64,000 nt of DNA from Candidatus Kaiserbacteria bacterium (GTDB taxonomy: Bacteria > Patescibacteriota > Minisyncoccia > Phycocordibacterales > UBA2100): the NCBI GenBank assembly GCA_017134395.1, contig CP070993.1, positions 189,656 to 253,655 on the forward strand, in the 5' to 3' direction. Position numbers and translations under genes: made by a program. The notes beneath the pieces are model-generated. The model was not told the DNA's origin. It made no database searches and saw only the letters and a list, made by a program, of their open reading frames with translations. The stretch's first letter is position 1. The number at the start of each line of letters is the position of its first letter. Below, in pieces: positions 8,183 to 17,410 of the stretch.

Positions 8183-10075
8183 ATGAATGCAAATGATGTT
8201 CGAACAAAATATTTAGATTTTTTTGCCGCACGTGGACATGCGATTATTCCGTCTGCTTCCATCGTTCCAGAAAACGATCCTACGACACTTTTCACTGGTA
8301 GTGGCATGCAGCCGATGCTTACCTACTTTCTCGGAGAAACACACCCAAAGGGAACACGCATTACCGATTCGCAAAAGTGTTTTCGTGCTGAAGATATTGA
8401 CGACATAGGCGACAATAGGCATACCACTTTTTTTGAAATGCTTGGAAACTGGTCGCTCGGCGATTATTTCAAGGAAGAACAAATTCCGTGGATTTTTGAA
8501 TTCTTAGTAGATGAAATAGGACTCGACCCTAAAAATTTATACGTCACTGTATTTAGCGGTGAAGAAAAGAACAACATTCCAAAAGATGAAGAAACCCCAA
8601 TGCTTTGGAAAAAAGTGTTCGATGAGGCTGGTCTAGATTCAAAGATAGTCGACATGGGATCGCAAGCAGACGGTGCATCAAAAGGAATGCAAGACGGTCG
8701 AATATTCTATTACGATTCAAAAGAAAACTGGTGGAGCCGAGCAGGCGTGCCCGATAATATGCCAGTTGGTGAACCCGGAGGACCAGACTCTGAAATGTTT
8801 TATGATTTTGGCACTGAACATGACACACGTTTTGGCGAGCATTGCCACCCAGCGTGCGACTGTGGACGATTTATGGAGATTGGAAACTCTGTATTCATGC
8901 AGTATGTCAAAAAAGGGGAAGGAGTTTTTGAAGAACTCGAACACAAAAATATAGACTTCGGCGGTGGGCTAGAGCGAATTGTAGCTGCGGCACAAAACAT
9001 GCCGGACGTATTTCTTGCAGTAAGCTCACTTGCGGATATCATTCGCCACCTCGAAAATGCTAGTGGTAAAAAATACGAAGAAGACGTACGAAGCTTCCGT
9101 ATCATTGCCGATCATATTCGTGGTGCACTCTTTATGATAGGAGATGGGGTGCGACCATCCAATACAGAGCAAGGATACTTTGCTCGTCGTCTTATTCGTC
9201 GGAGTGTTCAATATGCTGATGCGTTAGGCATTGCCGAAGGAACATTAGTTGATGCCGTGAGTATTGTTACCAAGTCCTACGAGGAACACTATCCAGAACT
9301 TACAGAAAAAGAGACAGGAATAAAAGAACTCTTTGCTGCTGAAGAAACTAAGTTTCGAAAAACACTGACTAAAGGTATGCGAGAATTCGAAAAACTTGCT
9401 GAAACTGGAACCATAACTGGGGAGCAGGCATTCCTTCTCTTTACCACGTATGGATTTCCTATTGAACTCACTCAAGAACTTGCAGAGCAAAAAGGTATCA
9501 TTGTAGACAGAGATGCCTTCACTACGTTCATGAAGGAACACCAAGCAAAAAGTCGCTCAGGAGCTGAGCAAAAGTTTAAAGGTGGACTTGCTGATCATTC
9601 AGAAGCCACAACAATGCTTCATACGACACACCATATTTTACTTCGCGCATTACAGATTGTTCTTGGAGATCACGTGAAGCAGCGGGGAAGTAACATTACA
9701 AGTGAACGGCTTCGTATTGATTTCTCCCATGATGAAAAAATGACTGATGAGCAAAAAAGTGAAGTGGAACGGATAGTTAACGAACAAATTGAAGCAGGTG
9801 TTCCTGTCATGAAGACAATACTGCCGAAAGAAGAAGCTGAACGGCTTGGAGCTCAAAAGGAATTCGGCCAAAAGTATCCAGACATGGTTAACGTCTATTC
9901 TGTTGGACCCAAAGATGCCACTGAGGGCGACCCAAAAATTGAACAAGCATACTCGCTTGAATTTTGTGGAGGACCACATGTTACAAACACAGGGAACATC
10001 ACCGGGGTATTTCGTATCCAAAAAGAGCAAGCATCTTCAGCAGGAGTACGTCGCATTAAGGGAGTACTTGAATAA
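8183..10075 (+). CDS. alaS: alanyl-tRNA synthetase, short form (catalytic, tRNA-recognition and editing domains; no C-Ala domain)
   Basis: N-terminal FTGSGMQPM...CFRAEDID...FFEMLGNWS class II AlaRS motifs. Editing-domain HTTHHILLRAL and CGGPHV. Only 630 aa. Confidence 0.85.
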   Translation: MNANDVRTKYLDFFAARGHAIIPSASIVPENDPTTLFTGSGMQPMLTYFLGETHPKGTRITDSQKCFRAEDIDDIGDNRHTTFFEMLGNWSLGDYFKEEQIPWIFEFLVDEIGLDPKNLYVTVFSGEEKNNIPKDEETPMLWKKVFDEAGLDSKIVDMGSQADGASKGMQDGRIFYYDSKENWWSRAGVPDNMPVGEPGGPDSEMFYDFGTEHDTRFGEHCHPACDCGRFMEIGNSVFMQYVKKGEGVFEELEHKNIDFGGGLERIVAAAQNMPDVFLAVSSLADIIRHLENASGKKYEEDVRSFRIIADHIRGALFMIGDGVRPSNTEQGYFARRLIRRSVQYADALGIAEGTLVDAVSIVTKSYEEHYPELTEKETGIKELFAAEETKFRKTLTKGMREFEKLAETGTITGEQAFLLFTTYGFPIELTQELAEQKGIIVDRDAFTTFMKEHQAKSRSGAEQKFKGGLADHSEATTMLHTTHHILLRALQIVLGDHVKQRGSNITSERLRIDFSHDEKMTDEQKSEVERIVNEQIEAGVPVMKTILPKEEAERLGAQKEFGQKYPDMVNVYSVGPKDATEGDPKIEQAYSLEFCGGPHVTNTGNITGVFRIQKEQASSAGVRRIKGVLE

Positions 10076-10093
10076 CCTTTACACAGAGCCTAC

Positions 10094-11275
10094 GTGTCGC
10101 TCTACCGAAGCATTGCTATACTAATAGATATGGATGTTCTTTCACTCTTGCAGAAAAAAACATACTCACTTGTTTTTGATATCGGCAGTGCAACGGTTGG
10201 TGTTGCAATAGCGAGGTATTCAAAAGGTAAACCTATACACATACTGTTTACGCACAGAGAACTCATACAGTACGGTGAGACACAAGGTGCTACTGCATTG
10301 GGAAACTACCTTGCAGATACTATTGAAAAGGCTGGGAGCAAGGCACTCGAAGCATTAGGTACATTAGGTGATCGAGATATTTCGTACTCTCTGTACGCCT
10401 TTGCTCACGCTCCATGGGCACACACACGTGCGCAACACGTTGAAGGAAATCTCCAAAGTGAAGTCCCAATTACCAAAGAATTGCTGCAACAATTTATGGC
10501 AAAAAAAATGCCTGTTTCGAAAGTCCAAGGGAGGACGCAACTCGAAAGACATATAACCAAGATTACCCTGAATGGATATCCGACACTCGATCCGTACGGA
10601 AAAAAAGCAACACACATTGCAATAACTGCACTGGAAAGCGATGTGTCAGATGTTGTCCACAATTCAATATCTAATGCATTTCAAAATGTATTTCCAAATC
10701 ATCGTGTGAGTCTGGACTCTTTTCTTTTTGCCGCCACTCACTTACGAGAGTTTTTTGAGAAATCAGATACCTATACAATGATGGATATAAGTGGTGAATA
10801 TACTTCCTTGAGCATCATTCGCGACGACACTATTGCTGCAAGTACCTGGGCTGGATTTGGGACCGAGTATCTTATACGGTCATTGCTTACCGGAGAAAAA
10901 ACTGATAGGCAAAGTGTCGTATCAGAACTCGCTATGTACATTGATAATACATGTACCCCATCTCAGTGCAGAAAAATTGAAACTGCGCTTGTAAGCACTG
11001 AACAGGAGTGGGTAAAAGCATTCGGTGATGCTTGCGCAACTTTGAGCAAGCACTCCCGAATTCCAACCCGAGTATATATATCAGTTGATACTCGTTATGG
11101 AAAATGGTTTAAGACAGTTATTGAAAAAATTGATTTTGCTCATTTCACCATTACCGGGAAGCCTCTTCAAGCACATATTTTAAACCTTGATAGGACACAA
11201 AAGCCCATAAAATATAAAGAGGGAGTGAAACAAGATACTGTATTGGCTTTAGGGGTGTTGTTTGTGGATAAATAG
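10094..11275 (+). CDS. actin-like (ASKHA) ATPase family protein, FtsA/PilM-like
   Basis: Phosphate-1-like VFDIGSATVGVAIA and phosphate-2-like MMDISGEYTSL motifs. Specific function is not resolvable by eye. Confidence 0.4.
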   Translation: MSLYRSIAILIDMDVLSLLQKKTYSLVFDIGSATVGVAIARYSKGKPIHILFTHRELIQYGETQGATALGNYLADTIEKAGSKALEALGTLGDRDISYSLYAFAHAPWAHTRAQHVEGNLQSEVPITKELLQQFMAKKMPVSKVQGRTQLERHITKITLNGYPTLDPYGKKATHIAITALESDVSDVVHNSISNAFQNVFPNHRVSLDSFLFAATHLREFFEKSDTYTMMDISGEYTSLSIIRDDTIAASTWAGFGTEYLIRSLLTGEKTDRQSVVSELAMYIDNTCTPSQCRKIETALVSTEQEWVKAFGDACATLSKHSRIPTRVYISVDTRYGKWFKTVIEKIDFAHFTITGKPLQAHILNLDRTQKPIKYKEGVKQDTVLALGVLFVDK

Positions 11276-11324
11276 GCACTTTTGGATGACGTGTTTATCG
11301 TTTTTATTGGTATACTAAACAGAT

Positions 11325-12683
11325 ATGGGAAGAGCTATTTTTGATGATATCAAACCACCAGAGGAAAGTGGTAACAACGATGACACTGCCTCAGCTGCAG
11401 ACCACTCAATACGAAACGTAGCACCTCTGGAAACACAAGAGCGAGAAACTCGACGTGCAAAGCGCGCAGAGCGCCGAAGAGTTCCTGAAGTGTTTGAAGG
11501 AACTACTGCAAAAAAACGATCAAGTGCACGTGGGATTATTACAAAGTATGGTGTATGGGCATTAGCTGTTGTAGTTCTTGCATTAGCACTGTCAGTTGTT
11601 GGCTTTGTCTTTATTGGTAAAACAACGATAGACATCGTACCTCAACAAGATGCTGTAACTCTTTCATCAAACATTGTGTACACGGCATATAAAGATGCTG
11701 AGGATGGGGAATTACAATATGCAGTTATCACACACACTACAGAGGCAACCGAAACAATTACCGCAACAGGCAGCGAGACAGTAGAAGAAAAGGCGTCAGG
11801 TAAAATAATTGTTTACAACAACCATAGCTCAGCATCGCAACGCCTCATTAAAAACACTCGCTTTGAAGCGCTAAACGGTGAGATTTATCGAGTACGAAAC
11901 TCAATAGTCGTTCCGGGTAAGAAAAGCGATGGAACTCCAGGAACTATCGAAATAACAGTTCATGCGGACAAGGCAGGTGAGGGTCAAAATATTACTGCGA
12001 TTGGTTCAAAGTTTACTATTCCAGGCCTTAAGGGCGATCCACGATACGATACATTTCATGCAGAATTAAGTGCTCCAATCATAGGAGGTTTTGTCGGAGA
12101 ACGTGCAATTGTAGATGAGGATGTTCTTAACGCAACACAGACAAAACTGCGAGGACAATTAAGGGACGCGGCACTGGCAACAACGCAAGAGCGTATATCA
12201 GACACTATGGTGTTCTTTGGAGAAAACTCTCTTTTTACTTCTTTCGAATCAGCACCGGTAACATATACGAATGATAACGAAGCACTCGTTCGAGAAATTA
12301 TGTACACTCATGCAGTAGTCTTTAACGAAAACGAACTCGCCCGTATGCTTGCATCCGCTGCACTTGCAACGCCAAACGACGGGGAGATATTGATCGACAA
12401 CCCTGATGATCTTTCTATGACTATCGTTAACAAGGATGGTGTCGACATACAAAATGATGCACTTATACAATTCACTTTCGAAGGGAGAGCTGCTCTAACA
12501 TGGCAGGTGGATACAGAATCACTAAAGCAAGATCTTGTTGGCAAAAACAGTGAAGCCTTAAATACTGTTATGAGTGGATATCCCGGAATAAAGAGTGCAC
12601 AAGCAACAATTAGACCATTTTGGAAGAGTGAATTCCCATCAGAAACGGCTGGAATATCAGTCGAACTACACCCGGTAAACTAA
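11325..12683 (+). CDS. bitopic membrane protein: basic disordered N-terminal tail, one TM helix, large extracytoplasmic domain (hypothetical)
   Basis: RRAKRAERRR tail, TM helix WALAVVVLALALSVVGFVFIG, then a roughly 350-aa domain with no motif. Immediately downstream of the actin-like ATPase. Confidence 0.45.
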   Translation: MGRAIFDDIKPPEESGNNDDTASAADHSIRNVAPLETQERETRRAKRAERRRVPEVFEGTTAKKRSSARGIITKYGVWALAVVVLALALSVVGFVFIGKTTIDIVPQQDAVTLSSNIVYTAYKDAEDGELQYAVITHTTEATETITATGSETVEEKASGKIIVYNNHSSASQRLIKNTRFEALNGEIYRVRNSIVVPGKKSDGTPGTIEITVHADKAGEGQNITAIGSKFTIPGLKGDPRYDTFHAELSAPIIGGFVGERAIVDEDVLNATQTKLRGQLRDAALATTQERISDTMVFFGENSLFTSFESAPVTYTNDNEALVREIMYTHAVVFNENELARMLASAALATPNDGEILIDNPDDLSMTIVNKDGVDIQNDALIQFTFEGRAALTWQVDTESLKQDLVGKNSEALNTVMSGYPGIKSAQATIRPFWKSEFPSETAGISVELHPVN

Positions 12684-12784
12684 TTCTTAGTAGTATTTTC
12701 TCTATTTTTAGCACATCTCGTCTGACTGGCGCAGATGCCAAAATAATCTAGCTTTACTCTTTATCCACAATACGGCAGAAGGGC

Positions 12785-12813
12785 TTGTCAAAATGAGTAC
12801 ATTCTGTTACGAT
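12785..12813 (+). promoter_or_regulatory. putative sigma70 promoter upstream of infA (TTGTCA-N17-TACGAT)
   Basis: Hexamers read directly from the sequence with 17-nt spacing. Confidence 0.35.
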
Positions 12814-12824
12814 AGCGCAGCACT

Positions 12825-13046
12825 GTGAGTGAAGATACCAATGAAAACAAAGATATTGTAGAGGGAGTTGTCGTAGAGGCACTGCCGAACGCACTTTTTC
12901 GTATTGAACTCAAGAACGGTGAAGAGGTAATTTCTTACCTTGCAGGTAAGATGCGTTTGCATCGAATCAAAGTTTTACTCGGTGATACAGTTCAAGTCAA
13001 AGTTGATCCGTACGGTGGTAGAGGAAGAATCGTGAGACGTGGTTAA
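12825..13046 (+). CDS. infA: translation initiation factor IF-1 (GTG start)
   Basis: Classic S1-like IF-1 sequence (EGVVVEALPNALFRIELKNGEEVISYLAGKMRLHRIKVLLGDTVQVKVDPYGGRGRIV). Confidence 0.9.
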   Translation: MSEDTNENKDIVEGVVVEALPNALFRIELKNGEEVISYLAGKMRLHRIKVLLGDTVQVKVDPYGGRGRIVRRG

Positions 13047-13066
13047 TCGTCCACATTTTTTAATTA

Positions 13067-13181
13067 TATGAAGGTTAAAAGTTCAGTAAAAACACTCTGT
13101 AAAGAATGCAAGCACGTTCGCCGTCGTGGACGCCTTTTTGTCATTTGTAGCAACCCACGACATAAACAACGACAAGGTTAA
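13067..13181 (+). pseudogene. rpmJ: 50S ribosomal protein L36 gene with an apparent +1 frameshift near its 5-prime end; either an assembly error or genuinely disrupted
   Basis: Frame 13071-13181 encodes [36 protein letters not shown], a clear L36 zinc ribbon. The only ATG (13067) is in another frame, and removing one G from the AAAAGG run (13077-13082) restores [10 protein letters not shown]. Confidence 0.6.
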
Positions 13182-13194
13182 TTTTTAATATACT

Positions 13195-13575
13195 ATGCGA
13201 ATATCTGGTATCACAATCCCTGACTCAAAGCGTCTCGAAATCGGCCTCACCGAAGTTTTTGGTATTGGACGCGTTCGCGCAGAACGAATTCTTACTGAAG
13301 CAAAAGTTGATTTCGGAAAGAAACCTACAGAATTAAGCGCAGATGAGGAAAGCAAAATCTCGGAATTAGTAACTGCACACAACATTGAAGGGGAACTGAG
13401 ACGCGATATCAGTGGAAATATAAAGCGTTTGAAGGACATAAAAAGCTACCGAGGTGAACGACACTCACGTAACTTACCTTCACGAGGACAACGAACAAAG
13501 ACAAACTCGCGTAGTGTTCGAGGAAACGTTCGAAAAACTATGACGAGTGGTCGCCGTAAAGTAGATAAGAAATAA
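13195..13575 (+). CDS. rpsM: 30S ribosomal protein S13
   Basis: MRISGITIPDSKRLEIGLTEVFGIGRVRAERIL... is a canonical S13. Confidence 0.95.
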   Translation: MRISGITIPDSKRLEIGLTEVFGIGRVRAERILTEAKVDFGKKPTELSADEESKISELVTAHNIEGELRRDISGNIKRLKDIKSYRGERHSRNLPSRGQRTKTNSRSVRGNVRKTMTSGRRKVDKK

Positions 13576-13576
13576 T

Positions 13577-14011
13577 ATGGGTAAGAAACGAATTGTTAAA
13601 AAGTCAGGTGGTACTGTAAACAAGGGATTGCGATCTCGAGCACTCGGAAACTCACCGAAGCGAAAAATGCTTTCTGGTATTTTGTACGTTCAAGCAACAT
13701 ACAACAACACGAAAGTACAGCTTACTGATGGAGAGGGTAACTCTGTTATGTGGTCATCTTCAGGCGCACTTGGTTTTGCAGGAGCAAAAAAGGGAACTCC
13801 TTTTGCAGCTGCGAAAGTAGGTGAACTTATTGCTGAAAAGGCACAGACAATGGGATTGAAATCAGTAGACGCTATCATTAAAGGAGTTGGCGCAGGACGT
13901 GAATCAGCTCTTCGGGCGTTCGCCGGAAAAGGTATCGACATTACTAGTATCTCAGACCAGACACCTGTTCCATTTAACGGTCCTCGTCAACGTCGTCCAC
14001 GCCGTGTCTAA
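13577..14011 (+). CDS. rpsK: 30S ribosomal protein S11
   Basis: Canonical S11 core (GTPFAAAKVGELIAEKA...VKGVGAGRESALRA). Confidence 0.95.
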   Translation: MGKKRIVKKSGGTVNKGLRSRALGNSPKRKMLSGILYVQATYNNTKVQLTDGEGNSVMWSSSGALGFAGAKKGTPFAAAKVGELIAEKAQTMGLKSVDAIIKGVGAGRESALRAFAGKGIDITSISDQTPVPFNGPRQRRPRRV

Positions 14012-14025
14012 TACACAATATTTTT

Positions 14026-14628
14026 ATGTTATCTAAACCAAAATACAAAATCTGTAAACGTCTCGGTAATGGAGTTTACGAGAAATGTCAGACAGAAAAA
14101 TTTGCTCTTTCTGAAGCTCGTGTAAAGAAAACCTTTAAACGAAGAAAAAACTTAAGTGACTTTGGACGTCAGTTACTTGAAAAGCAAAAAGTACGATATG
14201 CCTACGGAATTACTGAGAAACAACTTCGGAAGTATGTAGAAAGTGCAGTACGAACGAAGGAACCAGCAGCAGAACTTTTCAAAGGACTAGAAACTCGATT
14301 AGATAACACAGTATACCGATTAGGATTCGCGCCAACACGTCGCGCAGCGCGACAAATGGTTAGTCATGGTCATGTTACCGTAAACGACAAGAAGATGACC
14401 GTTCCGTCACACATTGTAAAAACAGGTGACACAATCTCAGTTCGAGAAGCAAGCAAGATAAAACCTTTGTTTGTTGGAAACATGGATACTATTACTAAAC
14501 ACACGGCACCAAAGTGGCTTGCGGCAGACTCGAAGAAGCTTACTTCATCAGTTAAGGCAGCGCCGGAATACAGTGCCACAGATTCAATCTTTGATTTCCC
14601 AGCCGTATTCGAGTTCTACAGTCGATAA
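14026..14628 (+). CDS. rpsD: 30S ribosomal protein S4
   Basis: PKYKICKRLG N-terminus and an S4 RNA-binding domain (LDNTVYRLGFAPTRRAARQMVSHGHVTVN). Confidence 0.95.
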   Translation: MLSKPKYKICKRLGNGVYEKCQTEKFALSEARVKKTFKRRKNLSDFGRQLLEKQKVRYAYGITEKQLRKYVESAVRTKEPAAELFKGLETRLDNTVYRLGFAPTRRAARQMVSHGHVTVNDKKMTVPSHIVKTGDTISVREASKIKPLFVGNMDTITKHTAPKWLAADSKKLTSSVKAAPEYSATDSIFDFPAVFEFYSR

Positions 14629-14661
14629 TATTAATTCATTAGTAATTTTAAACCTATTTGT

Positions 14662-15636
14662 ATGTCAGATCACCAAGTAACAGTCCCCTCAAAACCACGC
14701 GTTATAGATGAAAAGGATTTCGCAGGTACTTACGAAATCAATGGTTTATACCCCGGCTACGGGCACACACTCGGCAACTCCCTTCGCCGAATCATTCTTT
14801 CATCACTTCCAGGTGCTGCTATTACGCATGTAAAGATTGATGGTGTTTCTCATGAATTCTCAACTATTGAAGGAGTTTCAGAAGACACAGTAATGCTTTT
14901 ACTTAACCTTAAACGTGTACGAATTAAGATGCTTACTGAAGAACCGCAGGTTTTACGGTTACGTGTAAAAGGTCCAAAATCAGTTACTGCTGCGGACTTT
15001 GAAGTTCCTGGCCAAGTTGAAATTTTAAACCCAGAACAACATATTGCCGAAGTATCAGGAAAAATAGACTTCGATGTTGAAGTGACTGTCGAGAGAGGTT
15101 TGGGATACGTTGCAAAGGAAGTACATCAGAAGGAGAGAGTAGACATTGGAAGTATCGCACTTGATGCAATTTTCTCACCAATCCGGCGAGTTAATTACGA
15201 AGTCGAGAATATGCGTGTCGGTGATCGTACAGACTTCAACCGATTGCGTGTATTCATCGAAACTGATGGAACAATTACTCCACGAGAAGCGCTTGAAGAT
15301 TCAATCGCAACTATGATCCATCAACTTAAGGCGGTGATTGGTTTCCAAGAAGAGACTGAAACACCAGTTGAAGAAACACCGGCTAAAGAAGAAGAGGAAT
15401 CGGAGCCAGTGGAGGACAAGAAAGAAGCTGACAAGGAATCTTTCAAGACTCGGATTACTGAACTCGAACTTTCTCCTCGCGTTGAAAGCTCACTTGATGA
15501 ATCTGGAATCCGTACTGTTGGAGGTCTTGCACGAAAGCACGAAGAAGACATCCTTGCCATCGAAGGGCTTGGTCAGAAGGGATTGCAGGAAATTAAACGA
15601 TCATTATCTAATCTTGGAATTACACTTCGCAGCTAA
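14662..15636 (+). CDS. rpoA: DNA-directed RNA polymerase subunit alpha
   Basis: N-terminal dimerisation domain ([32 protein letters not shown]) and C-terminal CTD ([23 protein letters not shown]). Confidence 0.95.
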   Translation: [324 protein letters not shown]

Positions 15637-15659
15637 TCTGTGTTAGAGTATCGCAGCTC

Positions 15660-16013
15660 ATGAAGCATCATAAATCACAACGTAAATTTGGCCGAGTACG
15701 GAAAGTCCGTGTTGCTCTTTTGCGTAGCCTCGTACGAAGTTTGGTACTACACGAACGTATCGAAACAACTATTGCAAAGGCTCGTGAATTACGACCACAG
15801 GTTGAGAAGCTTATTACCGTGGCACAGAAAGATACACTTGCGTCACGTCGTTTAATAGCAGCACGTCTTGGAAACGATACGGAAGTATCAAAGAAACTGC
15901 ACGAGGTATTGGCACCACGTTACAAGGAGCGTCCGGGAGGATACACACGTATTAGCAAACTGGGAACATTTGAAGACGCAAAGCGAGACAAGGCAATCAT
16001 AGAATTTGTATAA
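15660..16013 (+). CDS. rplQ: 50S ribosomal protein L17
   Basis: HHKSQRKFGRVRKVRVALLRSLVRSLVLHERIETT is a canonical L17. Confidence 0.95.
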   Translation: MKHHKSQRKFGRVRKVRVALLRSLVRSLVLHERIETTIAKARELRPQVEKLITVAQKDTLASRRLIAARLGNDTEVSKKLHEVLAPRYKERPGGYTRISKLGTFEDAKRDKAIIEFV

Positions 16014-16014
16014 T

Positions 16015-16380
16015 ATGACTGACAATATGACCAAAAAGCGAGAACATACTATCGATGCAAAAGGAAAGCGACTTGGTCGCCTTGCTTCATCAGTGGCGCA
16101 TATTCTCCTCGGGAAAGATTCTACGGATTTTGCAAAAAACATTATTGCACCAGTTACAGTAACAGTAGAGAATGTTGATGCACTTGAAATCACCGAAAAA
16201 AAGCGAGAAACAAAGATATATGATCGCTACTCTGGATACCACGGTGGTCGCACAGAAGAGACTCTTGAAGAATTGATCGCAAAGAAGGGTGTTGCAGAAG
16301 CTTTAAAGAAAGCGGTATACAACATGCTTCCCGGCAATCGTCTTCGTAAGGAGCGAATGAAAAATTTGATAATTAAGTAA
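16015..16380 (+). CDS. rplM: 50S ribosomal protein L13 (ATG at 16015 right after the rplQ stop; the track uses TTG at 16006)
   Basis: L13 family sequence. Fused directly behind the alpha operon. Confidence 0.9.
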   Translation: MTDNMTKKREHTIDAKGKRLGRLASSVAHILLGKDSTDFAKNIIAPVTVTVENVDALEITEKKRETKIYDRYSGYHGGRTEETLEELIAKKGVAEALKKAVYNMLPGNRLRKERMKNLIIK

Positions 16381-16381
16381 T

Positions 16382-16780
16382 ATGGCTAAAGACGAAAAAT
16401 ACATTGAAGCAGTAGGGCGACGAAAAACGGCAACAGCTCGTATTCGTTTATTCCCTGCAGCTAAAACAACGTACGTTGTGAACGACAAGAAAGCTGATGA
16501 ATACTTCCCAACAGCTCACCTGCAAAAGATTATAAAAGATGCATTTGTTGTAGCTGAAGGAGTTGCCTTTAAGGTAAGTGCTAAGGTGATGGGAGGTGGT
16601 GTCCCAGCTCAAGCTGAAGCAATCCGTCTTGGTATTGCACGAGCACTTGTGAAAGACGACCAGATGCGACGAAAAGAGCTCAAAGCAGCTGGATACCTAA
16701 AACGAGATCCTCGTATGAAGGAACGAAAGAAGTTTGGACTTCGTGGAGCACGGCGTGCTCCGCAGTGGTCAAAACGTTAA
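16382..16780 (+). CDS. rpsI: 30S ribosomal protein S9
   Basis: C-terminal KRDPRMKERKKFGLRGARRAPQWSKR is a canonical S9. Confidence 0.95.
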   Translation: MAKDEKYIEAVGRRKTATARIRLFPAAKTTYVVNDKKADEYFPTAHLQKIIKDAFVVAEGVAFKVSAKVMGGGVPAQAEAIRLGIARALVKDDQMRRKELKAAGYLKRDPRMKERKKFGLRGARRAPQWSKR

Positions 16781-16786
16781 AAGAAA

Positions 16787-16811
16787 AGCGACACGAAGGT
16801 GTCGCTTTTTG
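16787..16811 (+). terminator. rho-independent terminator after rpsI
   Basis: GCGACAC-GAAG-GTGTCGC stem-loop followed by TTTTT. Confidence 0.75.
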
Positions 16812-16830
16812 CATTTGTGCTATATAATCA
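16809..16830 (+). promoter_or_regulatory. putative extended -10 promoter (TGcTATATAAT) for the grpE operon; the ATG lies about 8-10 nt past the -10, so the transcript is leaderless or nearly so
   Basis: TG-n-TATATA/TATAAT at 16818-16828. The grpE ATG at 16836 has no Shine-Dalgarno. Confidence 0.4.
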
Positions 16831-16835
16831 CGCCA

Positions 16836-17354
16836 ATGAAAAAGGAAGAAGAAACAACTGAAGAAATTGTCTACGAAGAAGATCAGGGCGCTGAACTTGT
16901 AAAGAAGCTTCGTGCCAAATTAAAGAAATGCGAGCAAGAGAAGAAAGAATATCTCGATGGCTGGCAACGCCTAAAAGCTGACACAGTAAATGCTCAGAAG
17001 AATCAGAAACAAGGTTTGGAATTATCTCAGAAACGTATAGTGCAAAATTTCGTTCAGGAATTGCTCCCAGCACTAGACAGTTTTGATATCGCAACACAAA
17101 GCGGTGCGTGGGAAAAGGTAGACGTCGTGTGGAGACAAGGTATTGAGTATGTACACGCGCAGCTTTTAACTAGTCTAGAAAACAGTGGGGTTGAAAACTA
17201 TGGTGTAGTAGGTGATACATTTGACCCAGCACTCCATGAAGCTGGAGGACACGCTGAAGGGGGGGAGAGTGATATCATTGCGCGTGTTGAACGACGTGGA
17301 TACAAAATGGGAGATACTGTTATTCGCCCTGCACAAGTTGTGGTATACAATTAG
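16836..17354 (+). CDS. grpE: nucleotide exchange factor GrpE (start at MKKEEETT; the track ORF begins upstream inside rpsI)
   Basis: Coiled-coil N-terminus followed by a GrpE core (FVQELLPALDSFD...GYKMGDTVIRPAQVVV). Confidence 0.85.
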   Translation: MKKEEETTEEIVYEEDQGAELVKKLRAKLKKCEQEKKEYLDGWQRLKADTVNAQKNQKQGLELSQKRIVQNFVQELLPALDSFDIATQSGAWEKVDVVWRQGIEYVHAQLLTSLENSGVENYGVVGDTFDPALHEAGGHAEGGESDIIARVERRGYKMGDTVIRPAQVVVYN

Positions 17355-17389
17355 AAAAATATCCTGTCAAGATTGCTGCACGTCACACT

Positions 17390-17410
17390 TGTAGCTACAA
17401 TGTAGCCACA
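17390..17410 (+). promoter_or_regulatory. operator-like nested palindromes TGTAGCTACA-A-TGTAGC immediately 5-prime of the RHH gene
   Basis: TGTAGCTACA (17390-17399) is a perfect 10-bp palindrome. GCTACAATGTAGC (17394-17406) is a second palindrome. TGTAGC half-sites recur 11 bp apart. Confidence 0.4.

Noticed and set aside
12761-12769. Perfect DnaA box TTATCCACA upstream of infA
   Set aside because: A single isolated 9-mer with no cluster of boxes and no AT-rich DUE. Not enough to call an origin.
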